Of a stretch of 64,000 nucleotides of DNA, positions 31,539 through 41,999 are shown piece after piece. The notes under the pieces were generated by a model. It was not told where the DNA came from. It searched no databases and was given only the letters and a program-made list of their open reading frames with translations. How positions within the stretch are numbered: the first letter of the stretch is position 1; the number at the start of each line of letters is the position of its first letter. Source of the DNA: Alphaproteobacteria bacterium (GTDB lineage Bacteria > Pseudomonadota > Alphaproteobacteria > MPNO01 > UBA830); NCBI GenBank assembly GCA_964291215.2, contig OZ219790.1, positions 1,216,001-1,280,000 of the forward strand, written 5' to 3'. The position numbers were made by a program, and so were the translations under genes.

Positions 31539-31873
31539 ATTCGGACGCTGGACTGTATCGGCGGATGACCTTGGGAAGATATCCCGTCGCCTGAGCGCAA
31601 ACCTCTCGGTCAGGGAGCCGGCTACGCAGGCGCACCACTTCCCTGACCTGCTTCGACGGGAACACGGCGGCTCACGCCACGCCGTCGGGTGCCGTTGCTT
31701 CAGGACCGAAGCTCTTTACACCTCAGACAACCGGGGTCGCACGGCCCTCGGCGAGCATTCGTTCCCTGGCATTCAAGCCTATGGAGCGGGATGGTTCACG
31801 CCCGCGCTGCGTCGGAAGCCACTCCATGGCAAGCCCCCCCCCCCCGGCGGGTTCTGACACCCCCCCTCATCCA

Positions 31874-31932
31874 TCGTCTAAAAACACATGGTCACAGCCC
31901 ATCATGTGTTGCACTTCACTATGGAACGGGGG
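31874..31932 (-). mobile_element. Isolated IS30 left-end fragment
   Basis: Matches 24417-24472 and the reverse complement of 34402-34460. Confidence 0.8.
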
Positions 31933-32073
31933 TGGGAAACCGAAACCAAGGCATACATCAAATGAACAGCTCGATGACTGAGAGATTCACGACAATTTCC
32001 AGACATCAGGTTGCGTAATCGTCCACAACCTAAGGCCCCACTTCACTATGGAACGGGAGAGGAGAAAAGTTCG

Positions 32074-33810
32074 ATGGGAATTATGAAATATGTGACTTTG
32101 GCGGCGCTGGCCGCTGCGGGTCTGGCGCTCGCGGGCTGCGGTGGCGGGTCGAAGAAGCCGGTCGCGATGGGCAACCAGCAGATGGAGATGACGGACGCCC
32201 AGAAGGCGCAGGCGGCCTACGACGCCGCCGCGGCAGCCGAGACGGCGGCGATGACGGCCAGGAAGACAGCGGAAGCTCAGCTGGCCGCGGTCAAGAAGGC
32301 GGTCGAGCCGCCCCAATTCGCTCAGCAAATCTACTATACAGGCGGCGACAGTTCGGTGGTCCGGACCAACGCCGCGCTCGTGAAAGACGCGAAGGCGGCG
32401 GCCGACAAGGCGCTGGCGGACGCCAAGACGGCGCTGACGGCGGCCGAGAAGGCGCAGACGGACCTGAACGCCCTGCCGGCCGGCACGACCGGCCTTGCGG
32501 CGCAGAAGAAGGTGGTCATGGGTCAGATCGAAACAGTGAAAGCGGAGATCAAGGCCATCGAGAAGACCCTGACCGGGGCCGGCACGATCGGAGACTATTT
32601 CTCGAGGATGGATACCGAGGCGGAAATCAAGGACCGCGCCGGCGAAACCCTCGCTACCGCTGGCTTCGACAACGCTACATCGTCAAGGCCCGCGAGGCGG
32701 CTGCTTAATACCTTGTCGCCTGCGGACTCAGCTCGCCCCGGCTCGACCCGCACCGGCGGTTACGATGGCAGAGGCGGCGTGAATCAATACAATCGGAGGC
32801 CGACAAATAGCTACGGCGACTCCGATGGCGCTCGTCCGCCGACGAAGGTCATCGCCACCGGGGAGGTCGCCGATCGGAGATCCATGTTCTATCACAAGTA
32901 TGACGACGGCGAACTCCCGGCCGGCGTCATGACCTGGGAGCAGATCGCCGCCAAGGATGGGATGCTCGTGAAGAAGGCCTTCGGCACCGACAACATGGAT
33001 GTCGATGTCCTGCCCCTTGCCGGGATGCCCCTGTCCGCACTCACCAACTCGAGCGGAACGGGCCTGACGACGTATCCCACCGACATCTCCGAAGACCAGT
33101 ATTACAAGGGGGTCAAGGGGACGCTGTATTGCCAGGGCACCTGCTCTGCCCCTGGCGGCAAGCTGACCGGCAAGCTGTTCTTCAAGGCGGCCGACGAATT
33201 CGACGATGGCTACGCGGGCAACTATCGCTACTACTGGATAACGCCGAGGAACTCCCATTACACGACGTGGAATGCCTATGTCCGCTACGGGTACTGGCTG
33301 TATGGAACCGGCACCACCACCGGGGTCTCGGTCCTCGCAGACAGCCCTGCCGGCTATCGCGGGTTTACTGGTGTAAGCGTCACTGGTCTCCCCGCCACCG
33401 CCACCTACAAGGGCGAAGCCCTTGGCCTGTCGGCGCTGAAGCTCTACACCGCCGGCGAACACACGGGGCAGAAGTCCGCACGGTTCACGGCGGATGTGAC
33501 GCTCAACGCCAAGTTCGGGGCTGATCCCAAAATAGAAGGAAAGATCGACAACTTCAAGGGGAATGCCGTCGACGAGAAGTGGAGCGTCAAGCTCGCGCAG
33601 ACAAAGCATGCCGACTTCGATGCCGAGGGCTTGGCCACGGGTTCCAGCGGCAGCACCGCCTTCGACAAGCCCGGCAGTTGGCAGGGTAACCCCTTCAGCC
33701 AGGACGGCGTGGGGCGCCCGGCCGGCTACATGGGCGTCTTCAACACCCATTTCCCGAACGGGTCGGCTGCCGGCGCCTTCTCGACGAGGATACAGGCGCC
33801 GGCAGAGTAG
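32074..33810 (+). CDS. TbpB-like surface lipoprotein (probable Slam/T11SS cargo)
   Basis: Lipobox LAGC, Ala-rich coiled coil, C-terminal barrel motifs 'ATYKGEALG','FTADVTLNAKFG','GKIDNF','AAGAF'; adjacent Slam gene. Confidence 0.78.
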   Translation: MGIMKYVTLAALAAAGLALAGCGGGSKKPVAMGNQQMEMTDAQKAQAAYDAAAAAETAAMTARKTAEAQLAAVKKAVEPPQFAQQIYYTGGDSSVVRTNAALVKDAKAAADKALADAKTALTAAEKAQTDLNALPAGTTGLAAQKKVVMGQIETVKAEIKAIEKTLTGAGTIGDYFSRMDTEAEIKDRAGETLATAGFDNATSSRPARRLLNTLSPADSARPGSTRTGGYDGRGGVNQYNRRPTNSYGDSDGARPPTKVIATGEVADRRSMFYHKYDDGELPAGVMTWEQIAAKDGMLVKKAFGTDNMDVDVLPLAGMPLSALTNSSGTGLTTYPTDISEDQYYKGVKGTLYCQGTCSAPGGKLTGKLFFKAADEFDDGYAGNYRYYWITPRNSHYTTWNAYVRYGYWLYGTGTTTGVSVLADSPAGYRGFTGVSVTGLPATATYKGEALGLSALKLYTAGEHTGQKSARFTADVTLNAKFGADPKIEGKIDNFKGNAVDEKWSVKLAQTKHADFDAEGLATGSSGSTAFDKPGSWQGNPFSQDGVGRPAGYMGVFNTHFPNGSAAGAFSTRIQAPAE

Positions 33811-33837
33811 CCCGCTCCCGGAACATCCGCGTTCCCG

Positions 33838-33872
33838 GGCCCCGGCCGCTTCGCGCGGCCGGGGCCTTCTTT
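33838..33872 (+). terminator. GC-rich hairpin after lipoprotein gene
   Basis: GGCCCCGGCCGC-TTCGC-GCGGCCGGGGCC followed by TTCTTT. Confidence 0.6.
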
Positions 33873-33926
33873 CCTCCGGCGCCCTCCGGGCGGCCGGAGG
33901 TTCCCTTTGCACGGACAGGGGTTTTC

Positions 33927-34316
33927 ATGCGCATACCCGCTCTCGTCATTGCCGCCGGGCTGTGCCTGTTCGCCGCCGCCGCCCACGGCCAGGACGCGAC
34001 CGGCCCGCGGTTCCGGGCGGGCATGGAGGCGCTTGCCGCCGCGCAGGCCGCCGCGGACCGGGATGCCCGCGACGGGAAGCTCGACGAGGCGATTGCGGCG
34101 TTCCGGGCCATCTTGGTGGACCGCTCGGAACTGGTGCGGGTGCGTCTCGAACTCGCACACGCCTTCTTCCTGAAGGAGGAGGACAGCCTGGCGCGGCGGC
34201 ATTTCGAACAGGTGCTGGCGGGGACGCCGGCGGTGGCCGCCAACATCCGGCGCTTTCTCGACATCATGCGCGCGCGGCGGCGCTGGGAGGCGCATTTCGG
34301 CCTGGCGGCAGGGTAG
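33927..34316 (+). pseudogene. Slam (surface lipoprotein assembly modulator) N-terminal TPR fragment
   Basis: Signal peptide, 'LDEAIAAFRAILVDR.ELVRVRLELA.AFF', 'LARRHFEQVLAG', 'ANIRRFL...RARRRW'; beta-barrel missing. Confidence 0.78.
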
Positions 34317-34401
34317 TCTTACGCTAAATTCTGTCTGGTTTTTCAAGACAGTACCTGGGCTTTGCGGGGTTGCGGGTTGGTGCGGGAGATTTTTTTACAC
34401 C

Positions 34402-35591
34402 CCCGTTCCATAGTGAAGTGCAACACATGATGGGCTGTGGCCATGTGTTTTTAGACGCATGATGTTGCGGAGCTGTCCAGCAGCGGCGAGAGTTCCTGTA
34501 CAAGATGGAGGGAGCTTGTTCATGTCCAAAGGCTACCGTCACCTACGAAGAGCGATGCCAGATTGAGGCAGAAAAGCGGTCTTTCACAAGGTGCGATTGC
34601 TCGGCAGCTGGGCCGATCAACAATTTTCCGGGAGATCAAGCGCAACACCGGGGGACGGGGTTACCGTCACAAGCAGGCGCAAAGGATGGCAGAAACGCGC
34701 CGCAGGGCCGCCTCGTCTGTTTCCTGGCGGTTGACGCCTCAACGATGAGCTGAAGCTCAGAAAAAGCTGCGGGAGGGCCCCGAGCAGCGGCCGTTTTCGA
34801 CTGGAAGGCCGTGAACGGATCCATGATCGCCGAAGATCGGAGAGCCGGGGGCGTCTTGAAGCTTCGGCGGCGCGGCAAGAAGCCGAACTGGAAGGGCGGA
34901 TGCCATTCTGGCCGGGTGGACATTTCCGAGCGCCCTGCGGAGGCAAAGGAACGGATCGGCGACCGGGAGCCATAATCGGCAAAGCTCACAGTGGAGCTGT
35001 CGTGTCGCTCGTGCCACGAAATACACCTTGCTGGGTGGACAGAAAGACACGGTCGGTATGATCCGCCTGCTCGGCTCTGGTGCGCTATTGGTCCACACAA
35101 TCACAACGGCAAAGAGTTCGCAGACCACAGGCGTGTCGCTGAAGTACTTGACGCAGATTTCTTCTTCGCCTTTCCATTCCTGGGAGCGCGGCTTGAATGA
35201 GCACACCAACGGCCTGGTGCGGGAGTACTTCCCGAAGGGCACGGACTTTCGCGCGACATGCAACGAAGATGTTCAGAAGGTGCGGCTCAACACTCGGAAA
35301 GTCCCGGGATCGCCGACGGAGGTAATCTTGAAGTGAAACCGACCTGACCATCTGCGCCATGTTCCGCAGCCGCAACGTGCAGCAGGGTCCATGCCGCGCG
35401 ACGGCGAAATAGTGGCTTGAAGCCGACAAAGGCGTTGCATAAGCTCGATGTTGAAGGAACTGAAGCTGTTCCCAGGCGGAATCGAGAGGGGCAGAGGGGA
35501 AAAATTTGCGCAATACCCGGCCCTCATCTCCGTTCGGGCTACGCCCTCACTGCGATGAGGGCCGGGTGTTGCACTTCAGACTGGAAGTGGG
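34402..35591 (+). mobile_element. IS30-family element, degenerate copy 2
   Basis: Inverted homolog of 23273-24472 with different indels. Confidence 0.9.
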
Positions 35592-36011
35592 GCATTCATT
35601 GAACGCGCCCTCGTCGCAGTTAAGCAGGGCGTTGATTACCTTTTGCGACAGGTGCGAGCCCTTGATCTCCGAAAGTTCTGCCCGTTCGTCCAGGGTCACC
35701 ACGTAGCGTTTCATACTCCGACCTCCATCCCGAATGGACGGACAGTCTAGTCATCTGGAACTGAAGTAAGCATGATTGTATGATGGCGGTTGGAGTGTGA
35801 ACACGGAGGTCATGGCGATGCCACGCGGTATGGGACGGCCCTTGGCGGTGCTGGTCTTGAGTGGTCAAGGCCGCCAGCGGCCGTCCCGTACCGCGCCCCA
35901 TCGAGATAACCTCCATTGTCCGACTCGGGACACAACTTTACAATGAACCTTACTTCAGTGTCACGTGACTAGCACTAAATGTACGAAATATCATTGCTGA
36001 CATAACACTAG
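35592..36011 (-). mobile_element. IS630 left-end fragment interrupted by a MITE
   Basis: Matches 31088-31284; left IR ends at CTAG 36008-36011. Confidence 0.85.
35748..35971. mobile_element. Palindromic IS630-type MITE made of two diverged left ends
   Basis: CTAG at both ends; TIR core ACTGAAGTAAG; each arm has GGAGG RBS and ORF start (MPRGMGRPLA / MGRGTGRPLA). Confidence 0.75.
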
Positions 36012-37449
36012 TTGGGTTCTGATTGGTCGTAGTGCTCGTTGATGATGTCTGCGGCTTTTCCGTCGAGGGCGATCTGGGTGGCGACGAGTGGGTTGTAGCC
36101 GAGTGCGGCCATGGAGGTGAGGTAGCTTGAGCCCCGGCACCATGCTTTTGCGTGGAGCGGAAGCATCCGGACACCTTGACCTTTGCCATCCTGATTTTCT
36201 GTTCTCCGGCATTGTTGGTGAAGCTGACGTTGGGGTCGTCTGTGAAGCGCAGGTTTTCGTGTTTCACGAGACGTTCGTGCAGGTTGTGCGCGTCGGACTT
36301 GCGTCCACGTTTTCCTTTCGGCGGGATGTCGGGCAGTTCCCTGGCGCCCTGATGGTGCGGTAGCGCTTGCGCCCGGCGTCGTTCAGGGTCTTGGATGCGC
36401 TCTTGTTGACCTTGTGGCAGACCTCGCGGAGCAGGCTCTTCATCAGTCGCGCGGTAGCCTCGACGACAAAGGTCAGTTCGCGCAGCAGGTGGCTACCGCA
36501 CAGCTGGTGGCTACACTGGCCCATGTACGAGGCCCAGGACGCCCTTGTAGCACGGGCCGATCTCTTGCCCGCGCTTGCGGTGCGGGAACTTGCACGTCAG
36601 GGTCCCACGACATGAAGCCACTTACTGTTGATCCGAAATCGTCGACATCGGGCGTTGCAGGAGGTGCGCCACGGCGGCCTCCTCCCATGACGCATCGTGA
36701 AAGCATAGCCGAGGCAGGTTGCCTCGGAGAGCTTGATGCCGGAGATCGCCTGCACGAGCGCGACGGCGCAGGGACAGCATCTGGGCGACCAGCAGGTTGA
36801 TGACGAGGGCCTGGATGCCGATGCCGTACTGCACGGGATGTTGTCGGGGAACCGGGCCTTGCACTTCGGGCATTCCTCGGCGTCGACGCGGCGCGACCTC
36901 GAACACGATGTCGTGCGGCGCTCGACGGGGTCGGCGCCGCAGGCGTCGCAGGCCGCGACCGTCTCCTCGACGATGGCAGGTTGTCGCCCATCTGCCGGTT
37001 CGGCTTCGGGCCCTTGCTCCCGGCACGCTCTTGTCCGTCTGTGACGGCGGCAGACCGGAGTTCCGGCTCGTGCGTGGTCTTCTCCAGAAGGACGACGATG
37101 AGGATGTCGAGGATCACGGCCTCTTCCGACACCTTGCCGGCAGCGCCGCGGTCCTGGCCGCTTCGAACTCCTCGCGCGCCGCGTTGACCGTCGCCATCAC
37201 CCGGCCTTGCGCTTCATCAGCGCGCCGCTTCCGAGATGCGTTTCCACATACAGATCATGCGGGGGCTGGAGCCCCGGAAGCAGCTGGCACAGCCCGCTCG
37301 TCGCCTTCGATCCAAAGTAGCCCACTGGCGGTCCCCGTCGTTCTCGATGACCACCACTAAACGAATCGGCCTGCAGTGTCAAATCTCCACGAAAACCCGT
37401 TCGTTGCTCTACCCCGACATCAAGCCGGAACCAGGGGGTGAGCAGTTAC
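36008..37449 (-). mobile_element. IS66-family (MTase stub) derivative, copy lacking right IR
   Basis: Colinear with 21475-22960; left IR ends at 37449. Confidence 0.9.
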
Positions 37450-38175
37450 GAGCTTGGTTACATTGATACCGTGTCACACGAGACGGTGCGGCGTGTTCTA
37501 AAAAAAACTGCCTCAAGCCATGGCAGCGGGTGGGTGATTCCTCCTCAAGGGAACGCCGACTTCGCCGCGGCGATGGAGAAGGTGCTCGATGTCTATCGCC
37601 GTCCCTATGATGCCGCCTTCCCCGTGGTCTGCATGGACGAAACGCCCCGACCGGCGAGACACGGCAACCGATCGCCATGGCGCCGGGACGGCCAGCGCGT
37701 AACGACTACGAGTATCGACGTTGCGGTACCTGCAACGTCTTCATGGCCACGGAACCTCTGGCCGGCAAGCGCATGACCAAGGTAACCGAGCGCAAGATCG
37801 ACTGGGCGCAGTTCCTGGCCGACATCGCCGAGCGCTACCAGGATGCTACCACCATCACCCTGGTGATGGACAATCTCAACACTCATCGGCCCGGCGCCCT
37901 CTACGAGGCCTACCCGCCGGACGAGGCCAAGGCCCTGTAGGACCGCTTCGAGTTCGTCTACACCCCCAAGCACGGCAGTTGGCTGAACGTGGTCGAACTC
38001 AACGTCATGATCCGCCTGAACCGCCGCATCGACTGCATCGAGGTGTTACGCCGGGAAGTTGCCGCCTGGCAGGCGACCGCATTCAGGCCAAGGTGGATTG
38101 GCAGTTCACCACCGACGATGCCCGCGTGAAACTCAAACGCCTTTATTCGACATTTGACGAATGACAAGACACTAG
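37450..38175 (+). mobile_element. IS630-family element, 3' part (copy 3)
   Basis: Matches 10541-11266; right IR TGACAAGACACTAG. Confidence 0.9.
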
Positions 38176-38596
38176 GACGCCATCCGATGCCCGGACCCCA
38201 ACCACTGGAACGAATACGTCTTCCGCGCGTATACGGGCCATCGGGATGAGACGATCTTCCTGACCGACATCCCGGATATCCGATAAAGCTTTCCCCATGC
38301 CTCGTCCCTTCGGTAGCCCGACCATCGGGCATCTCCGGGGACCCGGGACGCTGGCTGTTGCCCGGCGCATCGCTTCGACGCCGGTCGGCGCCACAGGCGA
38401 TCGACCGCATTCGATCGTGAAGGGTCGGGGCCCGGCGCCTGACGGCAGCCGGCCCAGCCGGCAACCGGAGACGCGGTGAATGCGGCATCGACGCGGATTC
38501 GGGCGCGGAGCTTTGAAATCAACTGGTACCTATTCGATACCCGGAAGCCGAAAGTTCCCTGCGCCGGTTTCGGTCAATGCATATAGAAGATTGTTT

Positions 38597-39332
38597 GTAA
38601 CTGCTCACCCCCTGGTTCCGGCTTGATGTCGGGGTAGAGCAACGAACGGGTTTTCGTGGAGATTTGACACTGCAGGCCGATTCGTTTAGTGGTGGTTATC
38701 GAGAACGACGAGGACCGCCAGTGGTCTACTTTGGATCGAAGGCAACGAGCGGGCTGCGCCAGCTGCTTCCGGGGCTCCAGCCTCCGTATGATCTGTATGT
38801 GGAAACGTATCCGGGAGGCGGCGCGCTGATGAAGCGCAAGGCGCCGGCGCTCGATTGGGATCGACCGGGAGCGCTGGACGGGTTCGGGTGCGACTGTCCG
38901 GTGAAACTGATCCACAGCTGCGCCCACGCGTTCCTGGCCGGCTTTGCGTTCCGAGGCACGGAACTGGTCTACAGTGACCCCTGCTGGCGACGCGCCGATC
39001 GAAGCGGCGGTACCGCCACGACTACACCGAAGCCGACCATGTCGAACTCCTTGAACTGCTCAAGGGGCTGCCGTGTCAGGTGATGGTCTCGGGCCACCCC
39101 TCGGCGTTGTACGACGACCTGCTACGGGACTTCAGGATGGCAAAGGTCAAGGTGTCCGAATGCTTCCGCTCCACGCAAAAGCATGGTGCCGGGGCTCAAG
39201 CTACCTCACCTCCATGGCCGCACTCGGCTACAATCATCACGTTGCAACCCAGATCGCCCTCGACGGAAAAGCCGCAGACATCATCAACGAGCACTACGAC
39301 CAATCAGAACTCAACTAGGGGTGAGTAGATAC
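38597..39332 (+). mobile_element. Mini-IS66 derivative carrying most of the methyltransferase gene, transposase largely deleted
   Basis: Both IRs present; perfect 8-bp TSD GATTGTTT (38589-38596, 39333-39340). Confidence 0.9.
38721..39130 (+). pseudogene. Dam-like (D12 class) N6-adenine DNA methyltransferase, frameshifted and truncated
   Basis: GAGGA RBS + GTG; 'YFGSK', 'ETYPGGGA', 'LVYSDP' (DPPY broken), then 'YRHDYTEADHVELLELLKGLPCQVMVSGHPSALYD'. Confidence 0.75.
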
Positions 39333-39624
39333 GATTGTTTTTATTGTATAAATTTCGTGTCCAGATGTTTGCCCTCCGAATACAGGCCACCCCGACATAC
39401 TGCCGAGACGAACATCACGTCCAGGACTTTCCCACGCTGCGTTCAATCTTGCCGACTGGTGATGAACGTAGGTTGCACAGGCCCAACCCCGCTGAATTTT
39501 TTAGCTGCGACGACCCGCAGACAGCCCCGTAGTCAGAAAACCCGACAAGATACGAAAATTTGTGCTCCGTTCCGCGGTCATTCAAAACACCAGCCACAGC
39601 GTGGGAAAGTCTTGGAACCGAACT

Positions 39625-39816
39625 CACGACGATCCCATGCTAATTCGGAGACGCGAAATCCGAATGCGTTGGGGCTCGGCTCATCACAGATCGCCTCCTT
39701 GATCGCAATTTTCGTGCCAGAAGGTCCCATCAAGCCTTGGCGGCACGATTGCAGCGCGACGCAAACTGAGAAAATCTCGCCAGTCGTCGCCGGATTAGCA
39801 GCGTGGGATCACCGTG
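39625..39816. mobile_element. MITE family A, copy 2
   Basis: Homolog of 1587-1779; perfect 10-bp TSD GAACCGAACT (39615-39624, 39817-39826). Confidence 0.85.
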
Positions 39817-39899
39817 GAACCGAACTCTTCCGTTGTGGCGACTCCACGGGCGCCATGCTATGATCGGCTACGCTCCCTGACGCGAGCTAGGATGCTGGC

Positions 39900-40616
39900 A
39901 TGAACAGGCTGATCGAGACCATGCGCGATGTCGTGATCGCGAACCGCATTCTGGCGCGCGAAGAGGTCGTCGACGCCTATGGTCATGTCAGTATCCGCAA
40001 TCCGGAAGATCCCGGCCGCTATCTTCTCAGCCGGTCGCGCAGCCCGGAACTCGTGACCATCGACGACGTCATGGAATTCACACTTGATGGCGAGCCGATA
40101 GACGACGACCGCACGCCCTACGCCGAACGCTATATCCACGGCGCCATCTACGAAGCGCGTCCCGATGTGAATTCGGTGGTGCACAACCATTCCCACGCCG
40201 TCATACCCTTCAGTGTCACACCCAGCCGCCTGCGGGCGATAGCGCATGTCGGCGCCGCCATAGGCAAGGATATTCCGGTCTGGGACATCAGAACGCGATT
40301 CGGCGACACCAACCTCCTCGTGGTCAACATGGAACACGGCCGCGATCTCGCCGCCAAGCTTGGTGGAAACACGGTCGCCCTGATGCGTGGACATGGCTGC
40401 GCCGTGACCGGGCGAACGATCGAAGCCGCGGTCATGACCTCAATCTATCTGCAGGTGAATGCCCGCCTGCTGCAGGACACAATGCGGCTGCACGACGAAA
40501 TCGAGTACCTGTCCGACGGCGAGATCGAGAACTGTTCGCAGACGTTCCTGAGTGATTTCTCGGTCCAGCGAGCATGGGAGTATTTCCGCCGACGCGCCGG
40601 CGCCGATTCCCTGTAG
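39900..40616 (+). CDS. Class II aldolase/adducin family protein (decarboxylase-like)
   Basis: 'ANRIL...VVDAYGHVS.R', 'ERYIHGAIY..RPDVNSVVHNHS', 'LMRGHG'. Confidence 0.9.
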   Translation: MNRLIETMRDVVIANRILAREEVVDAYGHVSIRNPEDPGRYLLSRSRSPELVTIDDVMEFTLDGEPIDDDRTPYAERYIHGAIYEARPDVNSVVHNHSHAVIPFSVTPSRLRAIAHVGAAIGKDIPVWDIRTRFGDTNLLVVNMEHGRDLAAKLGGNTVALMRGHGCAVTGRTIEAAVMTSIYLQVNARLLQDTMRLHDEIEYLSDGEIENCSQTFLSDFSVQRAWEYFRRRAGADSL

Positions 40617-40748
40617 GCAATCGCGGCGGCGCCCGATCACCGCGGCAGCCGCACCGGAGAATGCCCCGAAAACCGCAGCCGGAAGCAGCCGCAACAGATG
40701 GTTCGGCCCGACTTGCCGACCCTTATCCGAATGGGATGCCCTAGCACC

Positions 40749-41999
40749 ATGAGCACACTCACAGATGACCTCGTACGCCCCTTCGCCGGCATCCGCGCAG
40801 CACCCGACAAAGCCGGTCAGATCGCGGCACCACCCTACGATGTCGTGACCACCGACGAGGCGCGCGCCCTCGCCGCTGGCCAGCCGCTCAACTTCCTGCA
40901 TGTCTCGCGCGCGGAAATCAACCTGCCGCCAGACACCGATCCCCATTCCGATCAGGTCTATGCAGCCGCACGTCATTACATGCGCGATCTGCTGGCTTCC
41001 GGCGCCCTGATCCGCGATCCCGAACCCTGCTACTACGCCTATCGCATGACCGGGCAGGATCGATCCCAGACGGGCATTGTGGTTTCGGCGTCGATCGACG
41101 CCTATAGAGCTAACCGCGTCCGCAGGCACGAATTGACCCGCCCCGACAAGGAAAACGACCGCGCCCGCCAGATCAGGGCCGTGAACGCGATTACCGGTCC
41201 GGTCCAGCTTGTTCACCGCGCAAATGCGCCGTTGTCGAGCCTGCTTGCGCTCGCGACATCGACCAGCCCGGATGCGGTCAAGCCCGATCTCGACGGGGTC
41301 CGTCACGAACTCTGGGTGATCGACGACCATTCGATGGTGAACGACGTCTCGCGGATCGTCAATGGGATGGACGCGCTTTACATCGCCGACGGGCATCACC
41401 GTTCCGCGGCCGCCGCCCAGGTTTTCGACACATCCCGCGAGGGAGGAATAGAGCGCCAGGATGACGCGTACCGCGGCTTTCTTGCCGTCAGCTTTTCCGA
41501 CGACGAGGTGGCGATTCTCGACTACAATCGCGTCGTGACCAACCTCGGCGACCGGTCTCCCGACGAGTTCGTCTCTGTTCTTTCCGAACGGTTCACGATC
41601 CGGTCGGCAGAGATGCCGGTGCGACCCGACAGGTCGGCGCTGTTCGGCATGTATCTGGCCGGAAGCTGGTATTTTCTGGAACCGAAGGTAGTCGCGGCGA
41701 GCGAAGACCCCATCGACGGACTCGACGTCAGCCGCCTGAGCCGCCTGGTTCTTGAGCCGGTACTCGGGATTGGCGACGTGCGCACCGACCCGCGGATCGA
41801 CTTCGTCGGTGGCGGACGCGGCATCGAAGCCGTTGCCGCGCGCGTCGACTCGGGAGAGATGGCGGTGGGTTTCACGATGTTTCCCACGCGGCTCGAGGAG
41901 TTGATGGCAGTCGCGGACGCCGGGCTCGTCATGCCTCCCAAATCCACATGGTTTGACCCCAAGCTCGCAGACGGGCTGATCTCCCAGCCACTTGACTGA
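40749..41999 (+). CDS. DUF1015 family protein
   Basis: 'APPYDVV', 'RRHELTRPDKE.DR', 'YIADGHHR', 'MPPKSTWFDPKL.DGL'. Confidence 0.92.
   Translation: MSTLTDDLVRPFAGIRAAPDKAGQIAAPPYDVVTTDEARALAAGQPLNFLHVSRAEINLPPDTDPHSDQVYAAARHYMRDLLASGALIRDPEPCYYAYRMTGQDRSQTGIVVSASIDAYRANRVRRHELTRPDKENDRARQIRAVNAITGPVQLVHRANAPLSSLLALATSTSPDAVKPDLDGVRHELWVIDDHSMVNDVSRIVNGMDALYIADGHHRSAAAAQVFDTSREGGIERQDDAYRGFLAVSFSDDEVAILDYNRVVTNLGDRSPDEFVSVLSERFTIRSAEMPVRPDRSALFGMYLAGSWYFLEPKVVAASEDPIDGLDVSRLSRLVLEPVLGIGDVRTDPRIDFVGGGRGIEAVAARVDSGEMAVGFTMFPTRLEELMAVADAGLVMPPKSTWFDPKLADGLISQPLD

Noticed and set aside
38175-38287. Short frame DAIRCPDPNHWNEYVFRAYTGHRDETIFLTDIPDIR*
   Set aside because: Possibly the 3' end of a gene cut by IS630, but not identifiable.
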